This document shows, piece after piece, positions 12,585 to 26,920 of a stretch of 64,000 bases of DNA. Below the pieces are notes generated by a model. The model did not search any database. It was not told the DNA's origin and saw nothing but the letters and a program-made list of their open reading frames with translations. Source of the DNA: the human T2T-CHM13v2.0 reference genome, Homo sapiens. Positions within the stretch are counted from its first letter, which is position 1; every line of letters begins with the position of its first letter. Position numbers and translations under genes: made by a program. The DNA lies in assembly GCF_009914755.1 (NCBI RefSeq), contig NC_060929.1; one strand, 5' to 3'.

Positions 12585-13137
12585 TGTTATCCAGCAAATG
12601 GGCTTGCTGCCGGATGTGCACGGAAGCCAATACCATAGCACCAGCGCTTGAGAAAAAAAAGGCTTTATTGCAAAGCCAGACAGCAAGGAGAACAGGGTCC
12701 CAAACTGTCTCCCCAGTTTGGGGTCTGCAGCAAGTTTTAGGGATCAGAGGGCAAGGGAAAGGATTTAGGAATGTTGGCTTGTCAGAGTCTGATTGGAGGG
12801 CTTCGAAGCTGACCATTTATGGTAAGGTATGCTGAGGTGGATGTTAGTCCTGGATCTTTTTAACCAATGGACCCCTCGCTTCTGAAAGAGTTCCCGTGGT
12901 GGAGTTCCGGTGGTGGAGTTCCGGTCGTCAGGTTCCGATTTGTCAGGTTCCCACCAAGTCCCAGGCTTCCTGGTCCTGTGGGGAGGGATCGATCATTGGT
13001 TCTGGGTGTTGTTGAGAGCTTTATCCTACTGCGCATGCCCTCACTAAGTGACTTGAAGTTTCGTCTCTGTTCTACCTACAAGGTAACAGGACACTTTCTT
13101 AACAGTAGGCTCAGTTTGGGCTGGTCCTGCAGTCACA
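12585..13137 (-). mobile_element. Solo ERV1 LTR (LTR45-like)
   Basis: TG...CA ends, perfect TSD gaaa, antisense aataaa (tttatt at about 12664); reverse start tgtgactgcaggaccagcccaaactg. Confidence 0.75.
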
Positions 13138-13180
13138 GAAATAAACCTCCTGTGGGTGCATGAGTAAGAAAGTGAAGCCC

Positions 13181-13544
<364 letters not shown>

Positions 13545-13874
13545 CTAAAAGGTCAAGTTAAAGACAGTGAAGACAGGGGCAATGTAGTTTATCTCCCCAA
13601 CTCCTCCCACAAACACATACAGAATAACTAGGATAGCAAAAGAAAAAAGCCTCAGACACCATATTTAACACAGTCAGGTGACTGAGTATCCCAGAATACA
13701 GGAAGCTGGAATGGGGGCACTGACAGTGGTAAGAGTCTCCTGGAGCGCAGCTCTGTGGGCTTTCCTGGGTCTCCAAAATGCAAAGAGAAAAGAGCCACAC
13801 GGACGGGACACTGATGAGAACAGAATGCAAGATGATCAGGGTAGGACATTTGTAGGTAAAGGTAGGAAAAGTTT

Positions 13875-15407
13875 CGTTATATAAAATGTATAGGAGGCCA
13901 TGGTTTTGGACTGGCTACAACTCAAACTAAGAACAAAAACTGCTCTCTTCAAGTCCTATGAACAGAAGCTGGATATAAACTTCAAGGGGAAAGTCTCATG
14001 CCTGATGCCTTGCGTGTGGGCTGCACAGAGAGTTCACCAAAATGCCCAAAGCCATAACCAATGATATTCAAACTGCAAACTGGGGTGAGAAGCTGATAGC
14101 TTCACGCTGTGGATAGCTACTCCCAAGACTTCAGAACAAAACTCCCTGTCACAACGAGACTCTTACCCCTCTTAATTTTTCTTTGCTTTTATGCCTACCT
14201 TTTTCACTTGGCAGGATAATGCTATAGTTGGAATTTCTGTGGTTAACTTGTCAAAATATTGCATCTGTCATGCCTAACCCAAACCTTTACATGACCTAAA
14301 GGATCTGTTAGTCCACCCAGTGAATAACTTCAGCAGCTTCCCTAATGCAACTGTTGTTCAAATTGTGCTTTTATGGAGTCAGACTTCTAGCCCCACTTGT
14401 TCTCACTCTCTGCTTTAATTTAACCCAGTCATGGGATACTGGTTAATAGACTTCCCTACTAACTGAACAGGAAGGAGTCTATGCAGTTGCTGATGCTTCC
14501 TGTTACATATGGATAAATAAATTGGGTATTGTAGAGACTCAGTGAAAAAATTAACTAACAGGCTACTTGGTTAAAATGGAAAGACTTCTCATCTGGCTCA
14601 TTCTTTGATCTATTTGATTTTGAGTTTCGTTGCTCATTCTTTGATCTATTTCATTTTCATCGGTTTGGGTCATGGAATATGCCCCTGGCTAAGGAGCATT
14701 CTCCACACTCTTGGTATTATACTCCTGAGAGTCATAATAGTAGTCTCCTTGGTTCATGGTATCCTCTCAAAAAGCCTTAAATGCCTCCATGCACCCATTT
14801 GCTGAACATTGAATGGTCTCTGGTTGGAATGATGAAAATGTCAAGAAATTAATGATAACAAGGACAGTGTAACCTATAAATGACATTTTGACACCAAAAA
14901 GCAAAGATGATGTTGACTGAGAGTAGAGTTGATGCCCTAGGTTTTGGTCACACCCTCTTCTAGGTGAAATCCCGGCCAAAATGTAGGAATTGCCAGGTAG
15001 AGCAATTGGTTTGGATGAAGCTCCTGAGTCAGGCCCAACAGACCAAACCAGAGAGGAGTCCCTCATGCTAAAGTTCCACACTACCAAGCTGAAATGAAAT
15101 TGTTTATCTAAACTTCCAAGAAATCAGAAGAAAGAGAGAGGGAGATAATCGCCAAATCTCCAAACAGCCAGTCTTAGCCAGCATGATACAGAAATTCCCT
15201 CTGCTTTCCCCTTTATAAGAAAAGTAACTTCGAAATGACAAATTTGCTTTTTGTGTTTTTGTTTCTGCTTTTCTCAGCCCTTTTCTGCTTACAAAATCTG
15301 CTGAGCTCATTGGAACACTTATTCTGTTTTACAGAATGAGGTGTTACCCAATTCTACAATCACAAATAAAAGCCAATTAAGATCTTTAAACTCGATTTTG
15401 TTATAAA
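13875..15407 (+). mobile_element. ERV remnant A (MER57E/LTR54-like, MER4 group): 5' LTR stub, env relic, 3' LTR
   Basis: LTR start ataggaggccatggttttggactg; env region collinear with 29770-31090; 3' LTR from about 14991 with aataaaagccaatt. Confidence 0.75.
14455..14795 (+). pseudogene. Decayed gamma-type env TM (remnant A)
   Basis: Reads LTEQEGVYAVADASCYIWINKLGIVETQ (degenerate ISD and CX6CC), then hydrophobic PWLRSILHTLGIILLRVIIVVSLV; disrupted by stops and frameshifts. Confidence 0.75.
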
Positions 15408-15495
15408 TCCGTAGGATACTTGGAAGGGGGTGGGGTGGTGAGCAGAGGAGAAAGATCTCTCAAAGTACTGGGGAACCTGCTGCACTGAAAGGTCC

Positions 15496-15798
15496 TTTTT
15501 TTTTTTTTTTTTTTGAGACAGAGTTTTGCTCTTGTTGCCCAAGCTGGAGGACAATGGCATGATCTTGGCTTACCACAACTTCAGCCTCCCAAGTTCAAGC
15601 AATTGTCCTGCCTCAGCCTCCTGAGTAGCTGGAATTACAGGCATGCACCACCATGCCTGGCTAATTTTTTGTATTTTTAGTAGAGACAGGATTTCTCCAT
15701 GTTAGTCAGGCTTATCTCGAACTTCCAACCTCAGGTGATCCGGCCACCTCAGCCTCCCAAAGTGCTGGGATTACAGGCGTGAGCCACCGCGCCCGGCT
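15496..15798 (-). mobile_element. Alu (AluSp/Sq-like)
   Basis: Antisense Alu; TSD ga(a/g)aggtcct. Confidence 0.95.
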
Positions 15799-15848
15799 GA
15801 GAGGTCCTATTTTTTAATGTTTGTGAAAGCAACAGAAGAGCCATAGAC

Positions 15849-16240
15849 TGTGAGATATCAAAGAGAAATAGCACTGGACCCTTATTAATGGTGGCAAGAC
15901 AGATTTTACCCTGACTATTGCAGCAGGGAAGAGAGACTCCAGCATAAACAGAGCCCGACTCCAACTAAGACAAAGGTGACTTAGTGAGGTTTTCAAAGGG
16001 AAAACAAAGAGGAAATAAGAAGGAGTTATGGGGAAATGGAATACTACAGAGGGATGTAAGTGAAGAATTACTGAAAATGGTTTGGCAATGTGGGTTGGAA
16101 CTATGAACACTTTGCAGTTTGGCTGCATTGAGTTTTTTTGACCAAAGCCTCAGCACAGGGGATGGTGTTACCTTTAAGGTCGTGGTCTAGTACAGGTGGA
16201 AGCCAGGCTAAAGTCTGGTCAAGCTCCTTAGCACAATGTT
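15849..16240 (-). mobile_element. ERV1 LTR fragment, subfamily unresolved
   Basis: tgtgagatatc...ggcaagacagatttta...gactattgcagcagggaagagagactccag resembles an antisense MER4-group U5. Confidence 0.45.
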
Positions 16241-16365
16241 TGGGCAAGTCCTTTCTGCTGCATGAAGGTGGACAGTTCACAGTGGCTAGGAATGCTGGTC
16301 CACCCCTACCTCTTGCACAGTATAGAAAAAAAATCATATTCCTCAGTAGAAAACTATGCACTATC

Positions 16366-16668
16366 GGCCAGGTGCTGTGGCTCACGCCTGTAATCCCAGC
16401 ACTTTGGAAGGCCGAGGTGGGTGGATCACTTGAGGTCAGGAGTTCGAGACCAACCTGGCCAACATGGTGAAACCCTGTCTCTACTAAAAATACAAAAATT
16501 AGCTGGGAGTGGTGGTGCGCGCCTGTAACCCCAGCTACTCAAGAGGCTGAGGCAGGAGAATCACTTGAACCGAGGATGGGGAGGTTTCAGTGAGCCAAGA
16601 TCACGCCACTGCACTCCAGCCTGGGCAAAGAGTGAGACTCCATCTCGAAAAAAAAAAAAAGAGAGAAA
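16366..16668 (+). mobile_element. Alu (AluSx/Sz-like)
   Basis: Full Alu; TSD agaaa..tatgca.tatc. Confidence 0.95.
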
Positions 16669-16820
16669 AGAAAGTTATGCATTATCTATGTGCATCCCTT
16701 ATGCCTTATTAGATTCTAATTGTATGGGAGCTATTTTCTAACTCTGAAAGTAGTATGTAAGTGGTAGATATGCAGATTCTGCCCTATCTCATAGAGATTT
16801 CATTGATTTATCTCACCCCT

Positions 16821-16825
16821 ACACA

Positions 16826-16869
<44 letters not shown>
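16821..16869 (+). repeat. (CA)n microsatellite, about 20 perfect units
   Basis: Direct reading. Confidence 0.97.
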
Positions 16870-16876
<7 letters not shown>

Positions 16877-17428
16877 GTCTTCATTTGCAATTCATTTCCA
16901 CATTCCTTGACTCCACATAAATTTGTGCTTTTCTGACATTTTCTTTGAACCAGTTATAACATCTGCCTGGTTCTCTCATTGATTAGCAAGTAAAGTAATG
17001 TTGAACATATGTTTATTTTTGTATCTGTATGAGAGTCCTGATTTTATTTTTTAAGAAAATTGTCTTTTAACAACAGAACTTCCTCTTAAAATTACAGGGA
17101 AACCCATCCCACTTAACTATAAGTAAACAGAAAAAGATTGTGGTCAAAGACTAAGAGAGAATAGAATAATAATCATGGTAATATATCTATGAAAATAAAA
17201 ACACATCAGAAATATATGGCTCCAAGAAGAAAAGAATCATAACCTAATATTTCAAAATGAGCTAAGGAACTTTAAAAAATGATAGCAGCTATGAAACAAC
17301 AATCTGCAACAGAATCACAAAAGCCCAGAAATGAGATGGCTAAATGTAGGAGGACGTAGGACAAAAGCACTGATAGTGCTCAGGAACAAGTGAGAAATAA
17401 AAATTTTAAATTTAGAAATGAAGACTGA

Positions 17429-17885
<457 letters not shown>

Positions 17886-18554
17886 GAGAAAAAGAAACGA
17901 AGACTAACAAACACAAAAGTGAATAGATGCCATAAGAAATACAGAGTGAAAAGGAGAAAAAAATGAAATAGAATACAAATGAAGAAGTAAAAAGAAAAGA
18001 TTTGAGAGAAAGTGATAGATATAGAACATATTCCTAATAGATTAGAATGCCCAACATGTGTATAATAGTTCCCAAAGATGGGGGTGGAATGCAACACAAG
18101 AGAATAAATAGTATTATACAGAAATTACGAGAGGCCACTGTTTTGGGTTGAGCTTCAATACTCTAGGCTTCGACAGACCAGATCAAACCAAAACAGAGAC
18201 ACTCATGTTAAGTACCACAGAGTCAAAGCGAAATGTTAAGGCAACAGATCTCAAAAGAGACCAGTTCTTCCTGAAATCAGAAGATTCCAGTCTGAGTCAT
18301 CATCATAAGGAAGGCCCTTCTGCTTTAACCCTTAAAAAGAAGTAACCCGAAGTTACCCGATGTTAACCAGCCTTTTTTTCCCTCTTATTCTGTTCCTCGT
18401 TCCCACCTCATAAAACCCACCGTTCTGTTACTACCCAGTGAGAGCTCTCAGTCTCGTTTATTGAGTGGAGGCTACCCTGATTCATGAATTGCAAATAAAA
18501 GCCAATCAGATCTATAACTAAATTTGTTGTAATTCTGTCTTTTGATGATTCTGG

Positions 18555-18891
18555 CATTGTAGGACTTTTTCCTTAGTTCAGCTAAAAACGGGGTCCTTGT
18601 CACACGACCAGGAAAGATTAGGCTTATGAACACATAGAAGGGTGAGAAAAGTGGAATGTATTGGGCGAAAAGGAAAAAAATTCAGCAAAGCCAGAGAGGT
18701 TCCTATTAACAGGCCCCCATCTCACAGTCTCACAGATTGAATCCCAGGGTGCCCCCCGGGAACAGAAGCGGCCAGGCTCCTGCCCCCTGGAAACGGCACA
18801 AACTTTCTGAGGCTCCACCCCAAAGCGCACGCCTCCCAGTGCACAGGCCAATCAGAGGCTCTAAGGGAGCCCTTTTTACTTGGCTGTATCA
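18555..18891 (-). mobile_element. MER61-like solo LTR
   Basis: tgtaggactttttccttagttcagcta...cttggctgtatca; TSD ctgg. Confidence 0.75.
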
Positions 18892-18892
18892 C

Positions 18893-18910
18893 TGGCAACC
18901 ACAAAGGGAC
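18893..18910 (+). other. Primer-binding site of provirus B (tRNA-Arg-like)
   Basis: tggcaaccacaaagggac resembles the HERV9/W-type PBS tggcgaccacgaagggac; it abuts the 5' LTR once MER61 is removed. Confidence 0.7.
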
Positions 18911-19583
18911 CCAAAGGACCTGGCTCATGGCTCCCAGGACTCCTTGAGGAGTTCAGGAGAGGTGCTGCTGACCCTCTGGAGGCTCTCTCTGTTCCACACA
19001 GAGCCCTGAACATCGTAAGTCAGTGCCTCTCGGGTCAGACGCTACTCTTTTTGCATTGGACCACCTGATCTTTTCGGCTTTCAAATCCAGGGTTTAGTTT
19101 ATGCTGTGAACCCACGTAAAACCTCTTGGGGTTTACAGTGGCTGAAAGTCACTGGCAGAGCTGTGGTTTTAAATGTCACTGACACCAGTTGCAGTACATG
19201 GTCATTACTACAGGGCCACAAACTTCAGCTTTAGGAATTCACAGGAATTTGAGTTCTATCCTCTTCCTTTTTCTTGCACTCTTGCGTAGGCGGAAATCAT
19301 TGGCTAAGTTGGCCAGGGGGATCTCAGCCCCAAAGCCACAACTCGACTGGTGGACATGGATTAGGCACTTAAGAGTTATCAGAGCACTCACTGCCAAAAC
19401 ACAAGGCTTCCGTCAGGGGTAAGGGTCATGGGATGGGGCAGTTGACATCAGTCCACCCACCAGCCTCAAGAAAACTTTCATGCAATGAAGGAACACAGCT
19501 AAAGCATCACACGATCCAACCCCGTGGCGTTTCTCTGTTAAGCTTTTTTCTTGGCCCTGAGAGGCCCACGATTCAACATAAAA

Positions 19584-19769
19584 ATGGGATCCTTAATTTC
19601 TAAATAACTGAGTAATCCACTTTCCGGCTACACTTGCCTTTACATGTATAAGCATTAGGCCCCCAAAGCCGCAAATATTTACAAAAGTGGCCAAAATCTT
19701 ACTATAGATATTTCAGAATTACAATGGCCATCACATGGGACCTTCCAGATGAACAACACTGCACTTTAA
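19584..19769 (+). pseudogene. gag matrix relic
   Basis: MGSLISK*...YMYKH*...QNLTIDISELQWPSHGTF; Met-Gly start and WPxxGTF motif; internal stops. Confidence 0.6.
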
Positions 19770-19999
19770 GCAGTGCATTTTAAAATGAGGGCTCCCAAAA
19801 TTAGTCTCACCCAGGGACGCCTACAGAAGCTTCTAAAAAATTTCAAGGAAAACATTTTTGCCTCTTTTAAGAGACTGTTTACAAAAGACAAATGAAAAGC
19901 TTCAGGGACTGATAAGAAAATTAAATCTACTAACTTTTTCGATATTTTTCTTTTTGCTTCATTACTGTCCTGCCCTGAAGGTGAAAAGAAAGCTGGATA

Positions 20000-20302
20000 G
20001 GCCAGGCGCGGTGGCTCACACCTGTAATCCTCCCACTTTGGGAGGCCAAGGTGGGCGGATCACGAGGTCAAGAGATCGAGACCATCCTGGCCAATATGGT
20101 GAAACCCCATCTCTATTAAAAATACAAAAAAATTAACTGGGCGTGGTGGTGTGTGCCTGTAGTCCCAGCTACTCAGGAGGCTGAGGCAGGACAATCACTT
20201 GAACCCAGGAGGTGAAGGTTGCAGTGAGCTGAAATCACACCACCCCATTCCAAGCTAGCGACAGAATGAGACTCTGTCTCAAAAAAAAAAAAAAAAAAAA
20301 AA
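20000..20302 (+). mobile_element. Alu (AluSc-like)
   Basis: TSD aaaagaaagctggata. Confidence 0.95.
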
Positions 20303-21105
20303 GAAAGCTGGATAAAATGTTTATAAAAGCTAGGCCCTCTGGTCAAGCAGTCATCATGCTGAATCCAGACATAGAAAATGCTTTATCTGTCCAATTCGTT
20401 AATGGGCCCCACCCTGAACTCAGTAATCCAGTTAAGAAACAAAGCTAAATTGAAAAGCCACCTAACTAAACTCATCTCCAAAATATGCCTTTCTGGCATT
20501 CCGCTGGTTACTTTGAACAGGCTTCTGAATTTTCTCCTAGGCTTCTCTGCGTACGTCCTTGTAAAAGCCTGTAGTGAATTTCTGTGATTTTAAATTGCCT
20601 CTGCATCCATTCTGAATCTTCTTGTTTCCTACCTGACTGGCACACCAAAATCGAAAGCTCCTCCCAGTCAGGGCTCTCCTAGAGAGTGACTAATTGGATA
20701 GGAGTAAACTGGACACAGGTCAGACAGAGCCAAAAGGGCATCAGCCAGCACAAACAAGTTTCCTGTGGGAGGGACACCGGCCCCAGGTCAGGCATTTATG
20801 CATGAAGCTGCCCACCAGGACACAGAAGTGCCCTGTAAGAGGCACACCAGAAACATCCACAATCAGTTCCCCGGCATCCGATCACAGCAGGGCTAGAATT
20901 CAAAGCCACTCTCCAGAGAGCCTCAAGACCAAATTAAAGGAAAGTGCATCAAATTCAGTTTTAGCAGAAATGGATGTTTTGCCCACCCAGATAAGCTTTG
21001 GAGACATTCAGATCTAAAATGTAGTCCACCGTCTCTATCAAACTGACCGCTAATAATAGGCAACATGCCCTAAGTTCTTTCTCGGGGGAAAAAAAAAAAA
21101 CTTGA

Positions 21106-21868
<763 letters not shown>

Positions 21869-21903
21869 CCTCTGAGATGTAAATTTTCCCCCTAAAGTCA
21901 TTC

Positions 21904-22214
21904 TTTTTTTTTTTTTTTTTTTTTTTTTTGAGACAGATTCTTGCTCTGTTGGCCAGGCTGGCGTGCAGTGGTCCAATCTCGGCTCACTGCAATCTCCGTC
22001 TCCCAGGCTCAAGCAATTCTCCTCCCTCAGCCTCCTGAGTAGCTAGGATTATAGGCGTGTGCCACCACCATGCCTGGCTAATTTTTGTATTTTTAATAGA
22101 GACGGGGTTTCACCATGTTGGCCAGGCTGGTCTCGAAGTCCTGACCTCAGGTAATCCACCTGCCTCGGTCTCCCAAAGTGCTGGGATTACAGGCGTGAGC
22201 CAGTGCCCCCGGCC
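21904..22214 (-). mobile_element. Alu (AluSx-like)
   Basis: TSD aagtcattctttt. Confidence 0.95.
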
Positions 22215-22242
22215 AAGTCATTCTTTTAAAAGGACGAATTTA

Positions 22243-22556
22243 GGCCGGGGGCGGTGGCTCACGCCTGTAACCGCAGCACTTTGGGAGGCCAAGACGGGTG
22301 GATCACGAGGTCAGGAGAACGAGAGACCATCCTGGCCAACATGGTGAAACTCCCTCTCCACTAAAAATACAAAAAATTAGCCGGGCGTGGTGGCGGGCGA
22401 CTGTAGTCCCAGCTAGTCGGGAGGCTGAGGCAGAAGAATGGCGTGAACCCGGGAGGCGGAAGTTGCAATGCGCAGAGATCGCCCACTGCACTCCATCCAG
22501 CCTGGGCGACAGAGCGAGACTACGTCTCAAAAAAAAAAAAAAAAAAAAAAAAAAAA
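22243..22556 (+). mobile_element. Alu (AluY/Sc-like)
   Basis: agaatggcgtgaacccggg; long A tail; TSD gac(g/a)aatttag. Confidence 0.95.
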
Positions 22557-22628
22557 GACAAATTTAGCGCTGCTGGGCTTAGGGCAATGGAACAGGTAAT
22601 TGAAAGACTGATAGTCTTAAAGGGGGAT

Positions 22629-22920
<292 letters not shown>

Positions 22921-23054
22921 AAGTCTTAAAGAGGAGAGAAACAATTTTGGAAACTGGCAAATGAAACATTCTTAATGAACGCTCTAAGATCTGCTTCTAT
23001 CTGCATGTTTATGTATGTCTATATATGTATGTGTGTTATGTATATGTAATTTTT

Positions 23055-23400
<346 letters not shown>

Positions 23401-23433
23401 TGTATATGTAATATTTTTTACCTTGAATGATAT

Positions 23434-24175
23434 TGTAACTACGCAGCAGATTATCCTTGCCTGCTGCCTAGACAGAGCCAATTTGTCAAGACAGAATTGC
23501 AATAGAGAAAGAGCTTAATTTATGCAGAGCCTGCTGTATGGAAAACTGGCATTTTATTATTACTCAAATCAGTCTCTCTGAGAATTTGGGGACTGGGGTT
23601 TTTAAGGATAATTTGGTGGGTAGGGGCCAGTGAGTCGCGAGTGCTGACTGGCTGGGTTAGAGATGAAATCATAGGGAGTTGAAGTTGTCCTCTTGTGCTG
23701 AGTCAGTTTGGGTGGGATTCACAAGACCAGATGAGCCAGTTTATCAATCTTGATGGTGCCAGCTGATCCATCAAGTGCGGGGCGGCGGGGTGGGGGGTGC
23801 TGCAAAATATCTCAAGTACTGATCTTAGGTTTTACAACAGTGATATTATCCCCAGGAGCAATTTGGGAGGTCAGAATCTTACAGCCTCCAGGGGCATGAC
23901 TTCTAAACCCACAGTTTCTAATCTTGTGGCTAATTTGTCAGTCCTATAAAGCAGTCTAGTTCCTGGGCAGGAAGGGAGTTTGTTTTGAGAAAGGGCTGTT
24001 ACCGTCTTTGTTTCAAAGTTAAACTAAAAGTTCCTCCCAAAGTTAGTTTGGCCTGCACCTGCACCCAGGAATGAACAAGGGCAGCTTCAAGGTTAGAAGC
24101 AAGGTGGAGCTGGTTAGGTCAGATCCCTTTCACCACTATAATTCTCTCTGTTATAATTTTGCAGTGGCGGTTTCA
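23434..24175 (-). mobile_element. LTR8/LTR8A solo LTR
   Basis: tgtaac...ttgcctgctgcctagacagagcc...ttttgcagtggcggtttca; flanks atat/atct. Confidence 0.82.
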
Positions 24176-24382
24176 ATCTTTTCAAAATGTATAAAGAACT
24201 CTATTTAATTGACATAAAGAAAAAAATAAACACTTAGATAAGTATTCCCTCAGAAAAATAGAAACTAACTCAATTCAGTTTTAGTTCATGTAATCTGAGA
24301 TAATCATTGGTAAATAAAGCTAGTTTTGAAATTGTTGGTAAAATAAAAACAGGAATATATTTAAAATTGTCAGCATTAGTAA

Positions 24383-24703
<321 letters not shown>

Positions 24704-24858
24704 TCAGCATTAGTAATAATGCAAACATACTTTTTTAAACCTAGATTTACTTCTCAAACAAGCATGTTATCTCCTAGATGTTTAAGGCTATAAAACTAAC
24801 ATTGTTATGTTTAAAGTTTCAACCCAAGAGCAGAATGCCTCATGAAAATAAATTGCTT

Positions 24859-25810
24859 GGCTGAACTCAGTGGCTCATACCTATAATCCGAATACTTGGG
24901 GAGGTCAAGGTGGGAGGACCGCTTGAGTCCAGGAGTTGAAGACCAGCCTGGGCAACATAGGAGACCCTGTTACAGGTAGTTAGACAGGCATGAGCAGGGC
25001 TGGAGAGGGCTCTCCCCCCACCCACTAGGAATGTCAAGTGATGGTTCGGCAGTCACCACATTTGCCTCTCTAAAAGTGGTCAATTGAAAGCTGATGCAAG
25101 GGAGAGACCATTTCCTGATGGTCCACACCTGTTGCACTAAAATGTTAATTGAATGCAGATGCTAGGAAGAAGCAACTGCCCGGGTATGCTCGTTAAGAGA
25201 CCAAATGGCAGAGCATAACCTTCTGGGGACACTCCACCAGAAAAGGGAAGAAAGCCTCAGATGGGCATGCGTACAACCTCCTAAACACACTGCACTTGCT
25301 CACCTCACAAGAATAACGAGGGCACTGTGCATGTGGCAGGCCACCCTAAGGGAATGATCACGGGAAAGGGACCAGCCCGGAAAGTCCTAGGATCAAGGTT
25401 CAATATCACAGTTGACCTCGGTGCCCACTTGGAACTCTTCAAAGCATACTTTCCTTTCTTTCCTGTTCTAGAGACTTTTAAAATAGACTTCCACTCCTGC
25501 TCTGAAACTTGCCTCGGTCTTTTTTTCTGCCTCAGTCAGTCTTTCTTCTGAGAAGCCAAGAATTGAGGTTGCTGCAGATCCCTGTGGTAACTCGGACACA
25601 TTCCACCAGTAACAACCCCATCTCTACAAAATGTTAAAAAATAAATTAGCCAGGCACGGTGGTGCACACATGAGGTCCTAGCTGCTCAGGAAGCTGAGGT
25701 GGGAGGATCCCTTGAGCCCAGGAGGTCAAGGCTGCAGTGGACCATGATCGCACCACTGCACTCTATCCTAAGCGGCAGAGTGAGACCCTGTCTGAAAAAA
25801 AAAAAGAAGA
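24859..25810 (+). mobile_element. AluJ split by an LTR (24859-24967 and 25615-25810)
   Basis: Left part ends gagaccc and resumes accccatctctac. Confidence 0.88.
24968..25614 (+). mobile_element. LTR9/MER50-family solo LTR
   Basis: tgttacaggtagttagacaggcatgagc...gtaaca; TSD accc. Confidence 0.78.
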
Positions 25811-26920
25811 AGAAAGGAAGAAAGAAAATTAATTGCTTGATGCATGTCAGTCATGGAAGTAAAAAGGAGAGAAAAACTATATTTAACTTTTTAGTTTCTT
25901 TGCTTCTGTGATATTTTTGATACTATGTCAAGAAATAACTTAAGATGATGGCTAGCCTTGTTTTCCATGAGCAATTCAAACAGAAATGTTAAGAACAAGT
26001 AAACTGGATAAATGCAAATGGGATAAATGTTTATAAATAAACTTTTTATGGTTTCACATTTTTTTCAGAAACTTGAAACCTTAAAGTTATGTTATATTAA
26101 GTAATAGATATTTATGAAATGTCTGAGTCATTTCTATAGAAGTTAAAATGTTGAAACATTAATTGCTGAACATCAGTTAAAGTATACATACTTTGGTATC
26201 TTGTTTTTACATGGTATAGAGAAGCTAAATATATTTGGAGCTATTAATAAACAGAAATTGATGAAACCTATGTTTCTAAAAATTATGAGATGGTACTCAT
26301 CTACAAAATGCTGACATAAATTGTTCAAAATTGCTTACCTAGAAATTAAGGTCACTACAAGTGAAAAATTCTAATTAGTATATTGTAATTATAACTAAAA
26401 ATAGTAAGGGAAACAACTCCTTATGCAAAGAAAGTAATAAGTGAAACTTACATGAAAGATGTGTTTATATTAAAGGAAAAGGAGTAAATTTCATCCTAAA
26501 GTAGAATGACTGGTTGTCCCAACGTAAGAAACAATAAAAGAACAGGGCAAATAACTGAAGAGATATAAGAAGGTTGTAGAAGTTTGTGGAAGATGAATCT
26601 TGGGAAAAGAATCTTACGTGTGATCAAATTGGGTAAAATTAGAAGGGAATTAGTTATAAGTTTTTCTAAAAACTGAGCATTAGTATTAAAAGTACACTGA
26701 TGCAAAACTACAATTTGGTTCTCTCTGTTATAACAACAAAGTTTTCTTGGAGTTTTAGATAAAACTAAATAGGAAATAGTAATAGGAAATAGTAAAAAGT
26801 TTTTCTTTACATTTTTAAGTAATTATTCCAGGAGACAAAGTTTTTGTGTTTTATCAAAATTCCCTGTGCTTCATGTTGGCTTTATTAGATCTTGGTCACT
26901 TAAGAAAACTGAGTTATCTA

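Noticed and set aside
18893-18910. tRNA-related sequence
   Set aside because: Only an 18-nt PBS; no cloverleaf or A/B boxes.
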